A stretch of DNA of 31,479 nt, from the IMG/VR virus record IMGVR_UViG_3300020458_000001, positions 1 to 31,479 of that record; one strand, given 5' to 3'. Source of the stretch: a virus. Lineage: Duplodnaviria; Caudoviricetes. The notes below the pieces were generated by a model that searched no databases, was not told where the DNA came from, and was given only the letters and a program-made list of their open reading frames with translations. Both the position numbers and the translations under genes were made by a program. This document shows, piece by piece, positions 5,964 through 15,247 of this stretch; position 1 is the stretch's first letter; every line of letters begins with the position of its first letter.

Positions 5964-7490
5964 CTAAATTGCCCGCCGCACCTGCTCGATAAACCACGAC
6001 AGCGGAAAATTGACGTTGTTTTTGCCGCCCGGATCCACGTGGCTGCTTTTCCGAAAAGCCGCGCTGACCTCGAAATGGGTCGTGATGCCCGCGTCGCCGC
6101 GTCTGAGGGCGTCAGCGTCCACAAATCTGACAGGGACGTTCCAGCGACGACAGGAGCGAGCCACGAGCAGCACAGCCCGCTGTAGAGCGGGTCCGCATTC
6201 TTTGCGCCAGTCTGTTTTGAGAGCGCGGCCCACGATCTCATATTGGCAGCCGAGAGAATTCGCTCCAGGTGCGGCCCAAGCTATTTGTGTCTCGTTTAGA
6301 CAAGCGATCGCCTCATCGTTGCCAATCACGTAATGAGCTGAGGAACGCGGAGCGGGGCCATTTTTCCCGGCAAAGTATTCAGCCACTCGCCGCGCAACGC
6401 CAGCCGCTGGCGTGTTCTCTGTTGAGTGCAGAACGCACCATTTCACAGCGTCGCGATCGGCGCGTGTAAAATTGGCCGCTTTGATTTCAGCGGCAATCAG
6501 CGGCCCGGAATCCGGAGAGCAGACAGATCGACCACGATCAAGCCCGCGATCGGCAAACCACGAAGACGTAGCCCGCTCGGTTGCGTTGCCATGAATTCCG
6601 TCTGCCCCGCCGTGGCCATCAAGGAACGATCCGTAGCCGTCCGCAACAAGTCTCCTTTGCCAAACCTCAACCCCCGGGCCGCGCTCTCCGGGATTTGTTA
6701 CCCGCGGACAGCTCGGCGGTACAGTGTCCGCGGGCCCCTCTCGTTCATGCCGCTCATCCGCCTGCGGCGGCTGGCCCACGCCGTAACGGGCAGGAGTAAC
6801 GCCCACGTGGCTAATCAGCTTCGCCTGATCGGGGTTTCCCAAAACCTCGGCCAGATCCACCTCGCGCCCATTTAGCCAGCCGCGGCGGGAGACAAATTGC
6901 GCTAACTGTGAGTAATCGACGTGATGCACACTGTGAACAGCCGCGACTGGCTGAATTACGCGCAGGCCAATATCGCTCGCTGAACGGTGAAGCTTGAGTT
7001 GGCGCCAGCGCGCATCCGATGTTTCAATGTGCCAACCGTAGTTGACGGCTTTTAACTCGGCGATCCTAGGAGACAAAATCCAATGCTTCCATCCCGACAC
7101 CATGCCCTGCCGGCCCATCCGAGCCTGCTCAAGATCTGAATTGTGAGCAATTGCCGCCGCGGACTCGGAGCCGGCCGGCGGTATGCGGCGCGGGAATGGG
7201 CCGAGGCGCAGCCGGCTGGCGCGGAACATAACGTCAGCCAGTTTTGCGGTCGGCAGCATCATCCCAAGCTCATCGGCCACGCGCTGAGAGAGTTCGGCGC
7301 TCATCGCCACGCGTATACCGTTGAGCTTTAGCGCGTCCGCCATCGCGAGAATTGTCAGCCCGCCGTCCATCTCGATGGGCATCAAATCAAACGTGAGATC
7401 CCCGCTTTGCGCCGCCGCTAATATCCGATCATGAAGTTGGCGCGGGTTCATGCTCATTATGTTCCGCGCGGCAATGTTCATCTCAGCCAA
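5964..7490 (-). CDS. Modular endolysin: unknown N-terminal domain, PG-binding domain and Amidase_2
   Basis: PG_binding_1-like GERGPGVEVWQRRL...ADGIHGNATERA; amidase motifs CVLHSTEN, SSAHYVIG, AWAAPGAN, ITTHFEV, HVDPG. Confidence 0.9.
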   Translation of the reverse strand: MAEMNIAARNIMSMNPRQLHDRILAAAQSGDLTFDLMPIEMDGGLTILAMADALKLNGIRVAMSAELSQRVADELGMMLPTAKLADVMFRASRLRLGPFPRRIPPAGSESAAAIAHNSDLEQARMGRQGMVSGWKHWILSPRIAELKAVNYGWHIETSDARWRQLKLHRSASDIGLRVIQPVAAVHSVHHVDYSQLAQFVSRRGWLNGREVDLAEVLGNPDQAKLISHVGVTPARYGVGQPPQADERHEREGPADTVPPSCPRVTNPGERGPGVEVWQRRLVADGYGSFLDGHGGADGIHGNATERATSSWFADRGLDRGRSVCSPDSGPLIAAEIKAANFTRADRDAVKWCVLHSTENTPAAGVARRVAEYFAGKNGPAPRSSAHYVIGNDEAIACLNETQIAWAAPGANSLGCQYEIVGRALKTDWRKECGPALQRAVLLVARSCRRWNVPVRFVDADALRRGDAGITTHFEVSAAFRKSSHVDPGGKNNVNFPLSWFIEQVRRAI

Positions 7491-7993
7491 CGCCGCCGCA
7501 ACCGGTGATACAGCGCCCAGCGTTTTGACGCTGCTTTTCCCCCGCGTTCACATGATCCGGATCCGTATGCGCGGAGCCAGCCGCCGGGCCTACCGCGACA
7601 AAGACCGCCGCACCTCGCCGCTAGGTTTAGGGCCGATCTTACGCACCTTTTTCGATCGTCAATGAGCTCGTGGCGGTCCCAACCCTCTACGGTTTTTCCA
7701 TTTCCGACATTGAGTTGAAAAACGCATACAGACGATCCATAGTCGCCATTAATGCGGCCCGTATCTACGCCATGATGGAATCGACTTTCCATAAACGAGA
7801 TTGCGGTGAGCATAAGCGCAGTCTTCTCAGCCGCCGCCGAGCCCGAAAAAAGCCACGGGCCAACCTCGGCCGCCTCGGAAATGTCCGTAGCGATTTCCTC
7901 GTAGCGATCCAGCGCGTCATAAAAGCTTTCATATTTAGAATCCGCCGGCGGCGTCACTAGCGAGAAGATAACGGACAAAACAAGCTCTTTCAT
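7478..7993 (-). CDS. Lysozyme-like / lytic transglycosylase with hydrophobic N-terminus
   Basis: AISFMESRF (catalytic Glu-Ser), GDYGSSVCVFQLN, LRAYGSG; GAGG RBS; lies in the lysis cluster. Confidence 0.75.
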   Translation of the reverse strand: MKELVLSVIFSLVTPPADSKYESFYDALDRYEEIATDISEAAEVGPWLFSGSAAAEKTALMLTAISFMESRFHHGVDTGRINGDYGSSVCVFQLNVGNGKTVEGWDRHELIDDRKRCVRSALNLAARCGGLCRGRPGGWLRAYGSGSCERGGKAASKRWALYHRLRRRWLR

Positions 7994-8010
7994 TTCATAC
8001 CCTCACAAAC

Positions 8011-8080
8011 AAAAAAAAAGACCCGGGCGGGGGAAGGGTCGTTCTGCTTGACCGTGCGCTAGGCGCTCCGCCCGAATCTC
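8011..8080 (-). terminator. Branched stem-loop followed by U9; intrinsic terminator/attenuator
   Basis: GAGAUUCGGGCGG pairs with CCGCCCGGGUCUU, encloses two small hairpins and runs into UUUUUUUUU. Confidence 0.65.
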
Positions 8081-8117
8081 TACGACAGCCAAATCGCGGC
8101 CAGATCGTTGCCTTATT

Positions 8118-8336
8118 TTATTGAGCTGTCAAGTGTGTATTGTGCGCCGCGCAGTAGAAGCGCTCTGTTGTGCCAACCCAGCCGCGCGAGACCGCGTGGC
8201 CGGAGCAAACTAGGCATTTTCTCACAATAATGTGCCTGCCGCGCCGGTATCCCAGGACGCCGCACAGCTCGCAGCGCTTGCGCTTTGGGTGCACATCATT
8301 TCGCGCCCATGAGTGCTCACACCTCAATGCCTTCAT
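8118..8336 (-). CDS. Small basic zinc-finger-like protein (72 aa)
   Basis: CEH, CELC, CLVC, CAAH; overlaps the upstream gene end. Confidence 0.65.
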   Translation of the reverse strand: MKALRCEHSWARNDVHPKRKRCELCGVLGYRRGRHIIVRKCLVCSGHAVSRGWVGTTERFYCAAHNTHLTAQ

Positions 8337-8505
8337 TAATTATGCGCTTGATCTCATCGTCGATTTCGCCCTCCGCCGCCACTACTGGAGCATCAACCAG
8401 CTTCGGGCGTTCCTTTCTGAACTCATCGACAACCAAAGCAATGTCTTGCCCGCGCGCCGCGACAAATTTCACAAGCTCGATGAGAACAGAATCCACGGTC
8501 ATCAT
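8317..8505 (-). CDS. Hypothetical protein (62 aa, MMTVDSVLIELV...)
   Basis: ATGA overlap with the lipoprotein stop; AGGGGG RBS. Confidence 0.7.
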   Translation of the reverse strand: MMTVDSVLIELVKFVAARGQDIALVVDEFRKERPKLVDAPVVAAEGEIDDEIKRIINEGIEV

Positions 8506-8942
8506 AATGAGAGCCCCCCTGTTGCCGCGGACTGAATGAGGCGAGTTTGCGCCCTTGTGAGCGCCTGAATAAGGAGAACCAACTCGACCTCGGCCGGTTT
8601 TGCCTTCGTCCGCTCCGCTCGCTTTGCCGCCCTGATGGCCCCGCCAAGAATTATCCACGCGCTACGCGCTTGCTTGTATGCGCTCCAGATTGGCGAGAAC
8701 CTCAACCGCACAGACGCCACGCGGTCTCGACGCTCCGCTTTTACCGGCTCGCTATGCGGATCACCTTGTACGCGAGCGATCGCAGCGAGCTGCTCGGAGC
8801 GGTATGCGGTCGCCAGTTTTGCATGTGCGGCATTCAGAGAAATGGCCGCGACATTTGCCGCCACGATCGCAGTGTCCACGGGTCGCGCGCAGCCGACCGA
8901 AAGCAGCGCAAAGACAACAAATGAAACAAAAGCCCGGCTCAT
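8502..8942 (-). CDS. Lipoprotein, possible spanin component
   Basis: Signal peptide with lipobox LSVG-C18; helical body; lysis-cluster position. Confidence 0.7.
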   Translation of the reverse strand: MSRAFVSFVVFALLSVGCARPVDTAIVAANVAAISLNAAHAKLATAYRSEQLAAIARVQGDPHSEPVKAERRDRVASVRLRFSPIWSAYKQARSAWIILGGAIRAAKRAERTKAKPAEVELVLLIQALTRAQTRLIQSAATGGLSL

Positions 8943-9220
8943 TGTTTCGTCGCCGAATGGATCCCCATTGCGCCGAATAGCGCAACAAGCGTAGTTTGAA
9001 CTATTGCCCGCGCGCCGACAGCTGAGTGAAGCGAAAGCGCCACCGCTGGCAGCACGGCAAGCATTAGTGCGGACAGTTTAATCCTGCGCGGGTCTTCTCT
9101 TAACCAAATCTTCAGCGGTGAGTAATTCTTTAGCGCCCAAACTGCAAAGAAGAGGCAGCCCGCCGCGGCCAATCGCCCGTTATCGGAGACTAATAGATCC
9201 GCTATTTGATTTGCGCCCAT
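8939..9220 (-). CDS. Holin-like membrane protein (93 aa, about 3 hydrophobic segments)
   Basis: LAAAGCLFFAVWAL, LSALMLAVLPAVALSL, IVQTTLVALFGAMGI; AGGGA upstream of ATG 9220. Confidence 0.65.
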   Translation of the reverse strand: MGANQIADLLVSDNGRLAAAGCLFFAVWALKNYSPLKIWLREDPRRIKLSALMLAVLPAVALSLHSAVGARAIVQTTLVALFGAMGIHSATKQ

Positions 9221-9425
9221 CGGTGTGTTCCCTGCTTTCTGCAATATGTTCATCGAGCCGCAGCGAAACAACTTCCACATCTGCTTTCAGCTCTACAATT
9301 TTGGTGTTTATGCCTTCAAGTTTTCCCAAGATGTCGGGCTGAAATCTTCGCACCTCGCGAAGCAAAAGAATGACGCCGACGATGACAATGCCGCCGGGCC
9401 CAGCGTTGAGCAACCACTGTTCCAC
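9180..9425 (-). CDS. Single-TM coiled-coil membrane protein (holin/XhlA-like or inner spanin)
   Basis: GPGGIVIVGVILLL followed by a heptad-like LEGINTKIVELKADVEVVSLRLDEH. Confidence 0.65.
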   Translation of the reverse strand: MEQWLLNAGPGGIVIVGVILLLREVRRFQPDILGKLEGINTKIVELKADVEVVSLRLDEHIAESREHTDGRKSNSGSISLR

Positions 9426-9426
9426 G

Positions 9427-9711
9427 CTACCAAACCACGGTGATGTTTGTGGCCGTTGTGGCCGTCAACAAAACCTCTGGCTGGATGTTTAACACCTGGC
9501 CCGCGGTTGCCGGGATTGTATCAGTTATTCCAGCAAAAAACTGAAGCGCCAGATCCCCGGCTCCGCCTACGATGATCTGGCGCGGTTTTCTCGGAACACG
9601 GTCCCGCGTGTAAGTTGGTCGGCCAGTCAGCAGATCGGTGTCTGCCGCAATCGCGGCATAGGTTAGGGTTACGTCCCCAGAGTGAATTGCGCTACTTGCG
9701 TTCGTGCTCAT
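9427..9711 (-). CDS. Head spike base protein, RcGTA Rcc01079-like
   Basis: RQIIVGGAGDLALQF...TIPATAGQVLNIQPEVLLTATTATNITVVW resembles the family pattern as I recall it (R.IYVG.AGDL...G..L.I....V..T.TTAT.IV); AGGAG RBS. Confidence 0.7.
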   Translation of the reverse strand: MSTNASSAIHSGDVTLTYAAIAADTDLLTGRPTYTRDRVPRKPRQIIVGGAGDLALQFFAGITDTIPATAGQVLNIQPEVLLTATTATNITVVW

Positions 9712-9714
9712 TGG

Positions 9715-12492
9715 TCAGGCTCCTGCTTCCAGCTTCTCAGAAGCTGTTTCATACTCGCTACTAATATCAAAGGGCTTGCCACGTGGTGGCGGAGATTTCT
9801 GCTCCTCCGCTTGGCGGGAGTATCCGGATTGCATTATTTTCATGACAGCGGGCTCCAGCGTTTTATCTGCTACAATGTCAAATGCTTGAGCGAGCGCCAG
9901 CGCCTCAGGATATGGGAGCTTCTTCCGCTGTGCCCGAAGCTCTATGACCATCTGGGTTAGCTGGTTGCGCATAGAGTCATAGGTTGCTGGCCAAACCTCT
10001 TTTACTGCTCGCGCCTTGTCTGAGCTTACTACGCCGCTAGCGATGTCCTTGAGCAGACTCATGGGATTGAGCGCACCCATGGCCACGCGGTTGAACCTCT
10101 CAACCTCGGCCTTGCTCGGGACAGTGGTGTCGCCGTACGCTGTGGGCAGATTGCGCAGGAGGTAATCTTGCGCGGCCTGTGCGCGCTGCAACATGATTTC
10201 AGTGGTCGCCGGCAGAGCCGCCTCAGAGAGATCAGCCGCGGCCTCGGCGCGTCGCATGATCTGCCCGTCCTCTACCTCTCTCTGCTTTTTCACGTAATCC
10301 AAATTTGCGGCGGCAAATGGTACCGCGCCCGCTTTGGCATTGCGCGCAATACTCTTGACTGTGCGCGCAATGCGCTGAGGTATCGCACCGCTGAATGCGT
10401 CGGCAAGGGCTCTGCTCCTGATCGCTTGAGCTGCCCCAACGGCTCCAAGCGTTTGCACTAAACCCACGGACACCCCGCCCTCGGCCGTCCCTGACGCCGC
10501 CTGATCTAGCGCCTGCTTAATGTTGCCGGTCATCCGCAAGCCCACGCCTCCGGTGAGCACGCTAGACACCGCTCCGAGTAAGCCGCGGCCACGGGTTGCG
10601 CCCATGGTGACCTGCTCGTGCACGTCCTTATGACGCATAATGTGTTCAGCTTTTTTGAGTGCTCGATCGAGTTTAACAGATGCCTCGGCAATCGCCCTAT
10701 TTGCTCCAGTTAGCCCGCTGTCTAAGGATTTGGAGTGCTTGCCAACTGCGTTGGCGAAAGCATTGGAGCGCTCGGCGTATTTTCTGATAATGTTAAATTC
10801 TGCGACATTGTCAGCGCTGGTAATATTCCGCAGCAGCGGCCCAACTTTCTTCCGATCGGCTTCGAAATACTCCTTCCAAGCTGCCGCGCCTTGCGCATCC
10901 TCGGGCCGCAAAGCCTTGCTCCATAGACGCCCGCGCCCGCGACCGGTCAGATGGTCAACATCAATCAGGCTCGCCCATGGTCCATTAACTTCTTTCTGAA
11001 GAACCCCAGCTGCGCCCCAATGTTTTTCACTTTCGAGAAACACGCGCAAATCTTCATACATTTTCGTGATAAGCGGATGCACGTCCCGGGCCTTTTTCTT
11101 TGCCCAACTGTTAATCTTCCCGACGTCCCGCTTCAGCACATCGATCCGGTTGTGTAGCTGTGCGTTGGTGCTATCACCGCCCGACTCGACGATTTCTCTA
11201 AGCCTGCGCTGGGTACCCTGTATCCCTTTAACAAGCCTCTTGTTATGTGAGGTGCCAAGCCCGCGACCGCTCCTCGCGGAAAGCATTGTTTCAGCACGGC
11301 GGCGCATCACTTCCAGTAATTCGAAAGTTGCCGCCACATTGTCTAGCTCGTTGCCCCGCTTCATGACGCCGGCAACGCTGCGCCATTTTTCCCCGCCCAT
11401 CATCAGCGGAGCGACGTCCCCAAGCTGATTCTTCAGAACTGTCAGCGCGTCGACTATTTCGTTAAGCGTACCCCCCACAGAGGTATCGTGTTGTGCTATG
11501 CGCAGCGTGCGCGCCGCCTCTTTCCCAACCTCGCCGGAGCTTATTAGAGCATCAAAAATATCCTGATCGCTGGCTTTTATTGGCGTGCGCAGATCCATGA
11601 CGTCGGCCAGCTCCGCCGCTTCATCTTTTGCGCCAGCTTCGACGGCTGACTCGGCCTTTGCCTCGGCCTTTGCAAAGGTTTTTGCTTCAGCCGTCGCCCT
11701 TGCGTCTGCTGTAACAGTTTGCCGCAAGTCGTGGCCGATCTGTAACTCAGTGCGGACTTCGCGCATTGCATCAAGATCGGCGCGGCGCATCTTGGCGATC
11801 GCATCAACTCCCTTTTTTGCGCCGCGGCCAAGCCAGCCAAGCCCGCGCCCGGCAATTGGCAATCCAACACCAACCCCAACGCCCAACGCTCCGCCCTGGA
11901 GGCCCGAAAAAAGCAAACCCTCAGCCGTCATTTCCTGAGCCTCAAGCGCGCTTTGTGAAGCGTAGAAGCCTGCGCCGTATGCCGCGCCCTCAATACCCTC
12001 CCTTATCGCACCGCGAGCCATGGCGCGCTTGAGCGTTTCGCCTGCGACTTTCTCCCCTGCAATTTTCGTAGCAACACGGGCCGTTAGCGCCGAGGGCAGC
12101 GCGCTCGCGCCTTTCGCGAGCCAACCAGCTTTGCCGATCGCGCCAAGCGGTGACACAATGCCAACAAACTCGCCTACGGCGCTCGGGCCAGAATGGGCCG
12201 CTTTTAAGCCCTTCAGCGCCTTGCGCGCCCTCTCTCCAAGCTCTTCGTCGAAAGCGCCAAGACCCTTGACCACGAGCGGATCAATGAGGCCGCCCGTGGC
12301 TCCCCGGGCGATTCCTGAAATCGCAGCCGGGACGGCCATCGCGGAACCGCCGTACTTTAGATCGTTCCTCTCCTGCTCGACCTCGGCCGGACTCGCAACA
12401 CGGTAGCCTTCAGCGAGTCGCCCTTGAAGGTTTTCGCCGGTGTCTGAGAAGACGCCGCCGCTCGGACCAATTAGATAGATTTTGCTTGCCAT
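9715..12492 (-). CDS. Large internal virion / DNA ejection protein (925 aa)
   Basis: Ala/Gly-rich and helical with glycine-zipper segments; last and largest gene after the nozzle; AAGGA RBS. Confidence 0.7.
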   Translation of the reverse strand: MASKIYLIGPSGGVFSDTGENLQGRLAEGYRVASPAEVEQERNDLKYGGSAMAVPAAISGIARGATGGLIDPLVVKGLGAFDEELGERARKALKGLKAAHSGPSAVGEFVGIVSPLGAIGKAGWLAKGASALPSALTARVATKIAGEKVAGETLKRAMARGAIREGIEGAAYGAGFYASQSALEAQEMTAEGLLFSGLQGGALGVGVGVGLPIAGRGLGWLGRGAKKGVDAIAKMRRADLDAMREVRTELQIGHDLRQTVTADARATAEAKTFAKAEAKAESAVEAGAKDEAAELADVMDLRTPIKASDQDIFDALISSGEVGKEAARTLRIAQHDTSVGGTLNEIVDALTVLKNQLGDVAPLMMGGEKWRSVAGVMKRGNELDNVAATFELLEVMRRRAETMLSARSGRGLGTSHNKRLVKGIQGTQRRLREIVESGGDSTNAQLHNRIDVLKRDVGKINSWAKKKARDVHPLITKMYEDLRVFLESEKHWGAAGVLQKEVNGPWASLIDVDHLTGRGRGRLWSKALRPEDAQGAAAWKEYFEADRKKVGPLLRNITSADNVAEFNIIRKYAERSNAFANAVGKHSKSLDSGLTGANRAIAEASVKLDRALKKAEHIMRHKDVHEQVTMGATRGRGLLGAVSSVLTGGVGLRMTGNIKQALDQAASGTAEGGVSVGLVQTLGAVGAAQAIRSRALADAFSGAIPQRIARTVKSIARNAKAGAVPFAAANLDYVKKQREVEDGQIMRRAEAAADLSEAALPATTEIMLQRAQAAQDYLLRNLPTAYGDTTVPSKAEVERFNRVAMGALNPMSLLKDIASGVVSSDKARAVKEVWPATYDSMRNQLTQMVIELRAQRKKLPYPEALALAQAFDIVADKTLEPAVMKIMQSGYSRQAEEQKSPPPRGKPFDISSEYETASEKLEAGA

Positions 12493-12557
12493 TTTCCTTG
12501 GTGGCGCTGGCGTGGGTAGTGGTTATAAACTCGGGCGGATGGATCAGGCGCTGCGCC

Positions 12558-14366
12558 TTAATCCTCCAAAGTCAGTCGCGCCGGAGCCTTCGACGGGGCA
12601 GATCGCGAGCCCATTCTTCCAATCGTTCTAACGCGCCCTGGTCCCGCCTTGCCTTTGGTTTTGGGCATTATCTCCCGCGTTGTTACGACAGCAGCCGCGT
12701 TGAGCGGCGCCGTGTTTGCGTCACCCAAGATCGAGTTGTATGTCTGATTGAGGGCCGCCTTTGCGTCGCCGCGCATGGTTGGAGTCCAGTCTGTAACCGC
12801 GACGCCCATCTGCGCACCCATCTCCTTGCCCTCTTGAACCCCCAGCATCCCCTGTTCCTGCAATTTGGCAAGCATCGGTCTCACGCGCTGATATAACGAC
12901 ACGTACTCGGAGTGTTCTTTGCCCGTTGTCACGCCTCTGCTGACCAGGTGTTTCATCTGCCCCAAACTAGTCAACACTTTTTTTCTTGTTTCGTTGCCAG
13001 CGGTGTATTTCGCTGCCGCGCTTGCCCCGCCGTTAAATAAATATTCTTGTCCGCTGGGTGCTACGCCGATTGACTTTAAGTCTTTGATGACAAATGTTTT
13101 ACTGTATTTCTGACGCTCCCTGTCCCGCTCCGCTTTGGTGCGCGCCCATGCTGCGCCCTGCGCTCGGCGCTGCCGCGCCTGCAAGATTTCGCCAGCTCGG
13201 CGTGCCTCAAAGCCCTGCTCATGAAGCTCCCTAGCTTTCTGTATATTTTCAGCAGCGCGGCGCGCTTGGTCTTCCCCGATCTTAGACTTCGACATGAGAA
13301 TTTGCTGCTTCGCCCGATTCTCAATAGAGCGCATATAGACACTTTTTGCGGCAGCTTTGGCGGTTTGCTCATCCGAGAAAATGCGCCGCATGTCGGCCAA
13401 AAGTCCCCGCTGCTCCCCCAGGGCCGATCGCTCATGTCGTAGATTTGCCGCCTGCGCATTCAAATCATCATCTATCGCTTTGTTGAGAATTCCCAGCGCC
13501 TCATTTGGCCTGTTGGTCAAAGAGCCGCCCAGCGATCCGAACATTACGCCCAAAATGGCCGCAATCTTCCCGCCGGTTCCAGCTCGTTGCCAGAACCGAT
13601 TGGGATTAATCCGCTTGCTTTTTAAGTCTCCATGCGCCTGCTTTAAGTCGGCTCGAGCCAGCGCATAGCTAACGTTGTGTTCCTCCCGCTCCGCCTCCAT
13701 TTGCTCGGCGTGGGCCCTTTCTCGCTCGGCCGCCTCACCGAGCAACCTGGCCGCCTCGGCGTCAGCTTCTGCTTGCTGCCGTCCGGCAGCGATCTGCGCG
13801 TCCTGCTTAGCCGCCTCCAGATCAAATTGCCCGCGCTCAATCTCAACCGTCCGGCCACGCAGTGAATTTTTGTACTGTTGATTTTTCCGCCACTCCTCAT
13901 CCAAGTTGGCAATCAGGCGCTTTTGCTCTGGGCTCCCAGCTTCCACGCTAACACCGGTCTCTGCCTCAAATGACCGTTGCAGCCAATCGTTCTCCCAGCC
14001 GCGCGGGTAGCCCAGGGCGTAGGGCGTAGGCGGCGGCCTGCGATAACCACCGCCGCCCGTGGGTGGAGCGGGTGGCGTGGTTGGCGTGGGTGGCTCGGCC
14101 CCCACAGAGCCAACGTAGGCTTCTCTCATGGCCTCAGCCTGCTCATCGACGCGTTGCTGAATTGCTAATCCTTCGGGCGTAGTAGGCTCCAGCAAAAAAG
14201 GGCGCATGTGGCCGCCCGGCGGCGCCGGCGGCGCCCCGAGCTGTAGCCACGACGGATTGAGCGTTGGCCCCTCTGCCCCGCGCTCTTGGCGCGCTTGAGC
14301 CTCAGCGAGCTGAGAAATTTTATCCTCGACAGGCAAAACAACGGGCTTGATATCGCCGTTCGACAT
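12558..14366 (-). CDS. Putative ejection protein (602 aa)
   Basis: Pro-rich N-terminus, long coiled coil, one hydrophobic segment (KIAAILGVMFGSLGGSL); TAATG coupling. Confidence 0.65.
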   Translation of the reverse strand: MSNGDIKPVVLPVEDKISQLAEAQARQERGAEGPTLNPSWLQLGAPPAPPGGHMRPFLLEPTTPEGLAIQQRVDEQAEAMREAYVGSVGAEPPTPTTPPAPPTGGGGYRRPPPTPYALGYPRGWENDWLQRSFEAETGVSVEAGSPEQKRLIANLDEEWRKNQQYKNSLRGRTVEIERGQFDLEAAKQDAQIAAGRQQAEADAEAARLLGEAAERERAHAEQMEAEREEHNVSYALARADLKQAHGDLKSKRINPNRFWQRAGTGGKIAAILGVMFGSLGGSLTNRPNEALGILNKAIDDDLNAQAANLRHERSALGEQRGLLADMRRIFSDEQTAKAAAKSVYMRSIENRAKQQILMSKSKIGEDQARRAAENIQKARELHEQGFEARRAGEILQARQRRAQGAAWARTKAERDRERQKYSKTFVIKDLKSIGVAPSGQEYLFNGGASAAAKYTAGNETRKKVLTSLGQMKHLVSRGVTTGKEHSEYVSLYQRVRPMLAKLQEQGMLGVQEGKEMGAQMGVAVTDWTPTMRGDAKAALNQTYNSILGDANTAPLNAAAVVTTREIMPKTKGKAGPGRVRTIGRMGSRSAPSKAPARLTLED

Positions 14367-15247
14367 TATTCAGACTCCTGCAATGCTCTCACAAGTTGCG
14401 CGTCAAATCCGTCGTCGTGTTCGTCGCTGTACCACCGCAGCGCGGAGTCGGTTCGCTCATCGGGAACGCGTCGGATATTTTGCTTTAGATTGCGGTCTGA
14501 CTCATCGCCCTCCGAAACCGCAGCGGCGTAGGTGGCCCCGCCCGCGCCCAATGCGCCAAAAGCGGAGCCAATGAGCGCCATGTCGGCCCGATGTTGCGCC
14601 GTGTACCTGGCTTGCCTGGCCGCCTGATTTGCGCGCTCACGCGCGGCTGTTTGAACGTCCATCGCATATTGGCCGCTGGTTAATCCCGCTCGCAATCGGT
14701 CGGCCCCTATTTGATCCTCGCGGGCCAGCTGCTCCTCGATGCTTTGTAAAAGTCGCTGTTTCGCTTGACCCTGCGAGAGCATTCTAGATCGCGCTTGTTG
14801 TGCGGCGGCGGCCATCGCTGGATCGTATCCTAATCCGCCAGTGTCAAGCCTCGCTCCGCTAAGACCGCGCTTGAATTGCTGAGAGCCTGCACCGAGGCCC
14901 AGTCTCTGGCGCTGTAGCATTGCCTCAGTGAAAGATTGAGAGTGCTCACCGAGGCTTTCACCCGTCCCGTAGCCCGTGCTCGAACCCTGCGCGCCGTAAC
15001 CGGTTTGATAATAGCCGCCCGCGGAGGGGTCGCCCCGGTCTGGGAATTCGCTAGAATATTCTCCCGCCCGCTTTTTTTGGGCCTGCTGTTGTTTGACAAG
15101 TGGCGGCAATGCGATCGGGGGATTTGTTTTTTCGAACGGAAACAAATCTTCTCCCCACCAGCCGCCTTTCTTTTTCTTCACGTTGCCATATCCGCCGCTG
15201 TACCCTGTGGGATACGGCAGTTTTTCTTTGAATGGGTCGACTGGCAT
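14366..15247 (-). CDS. Putative ejection protein with a truncated Peptidase_S74 motif (293 aa)
   Basis: Gln/Ala-rich helix, Gly-rich hydrophobic LIGSAFGALGAGGATYAA, then SDRNLKQNI 44 aa from the end. Confidence 0.7.
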   Translation of the reverse strand: MPVDPFKEKLPYPTGYSGGYGNVKKKKGGWWGEDLFPFEKTNPPIALPPLVKQQQAQKKRAGEYSSEFPDRGDPSAGGYYQTGYGAQGSSTGYGTGESLGEHSQSFTEAMLQRQRLGLGAGSQQFKRGLSGARLDTGGLGYDPAMAAAAQQARSRMLSQGQAKQRLLQSIEEQLAREDQIGADRLRAGLTSGQYAMDVQTAARERANQAARQARYTAQHRADMALIGSAFGALGAGGATYAAAVSEGDESDRNLKQNIRRVPDERTDSALRWYSDEHDDGFDAQLVRALQESE

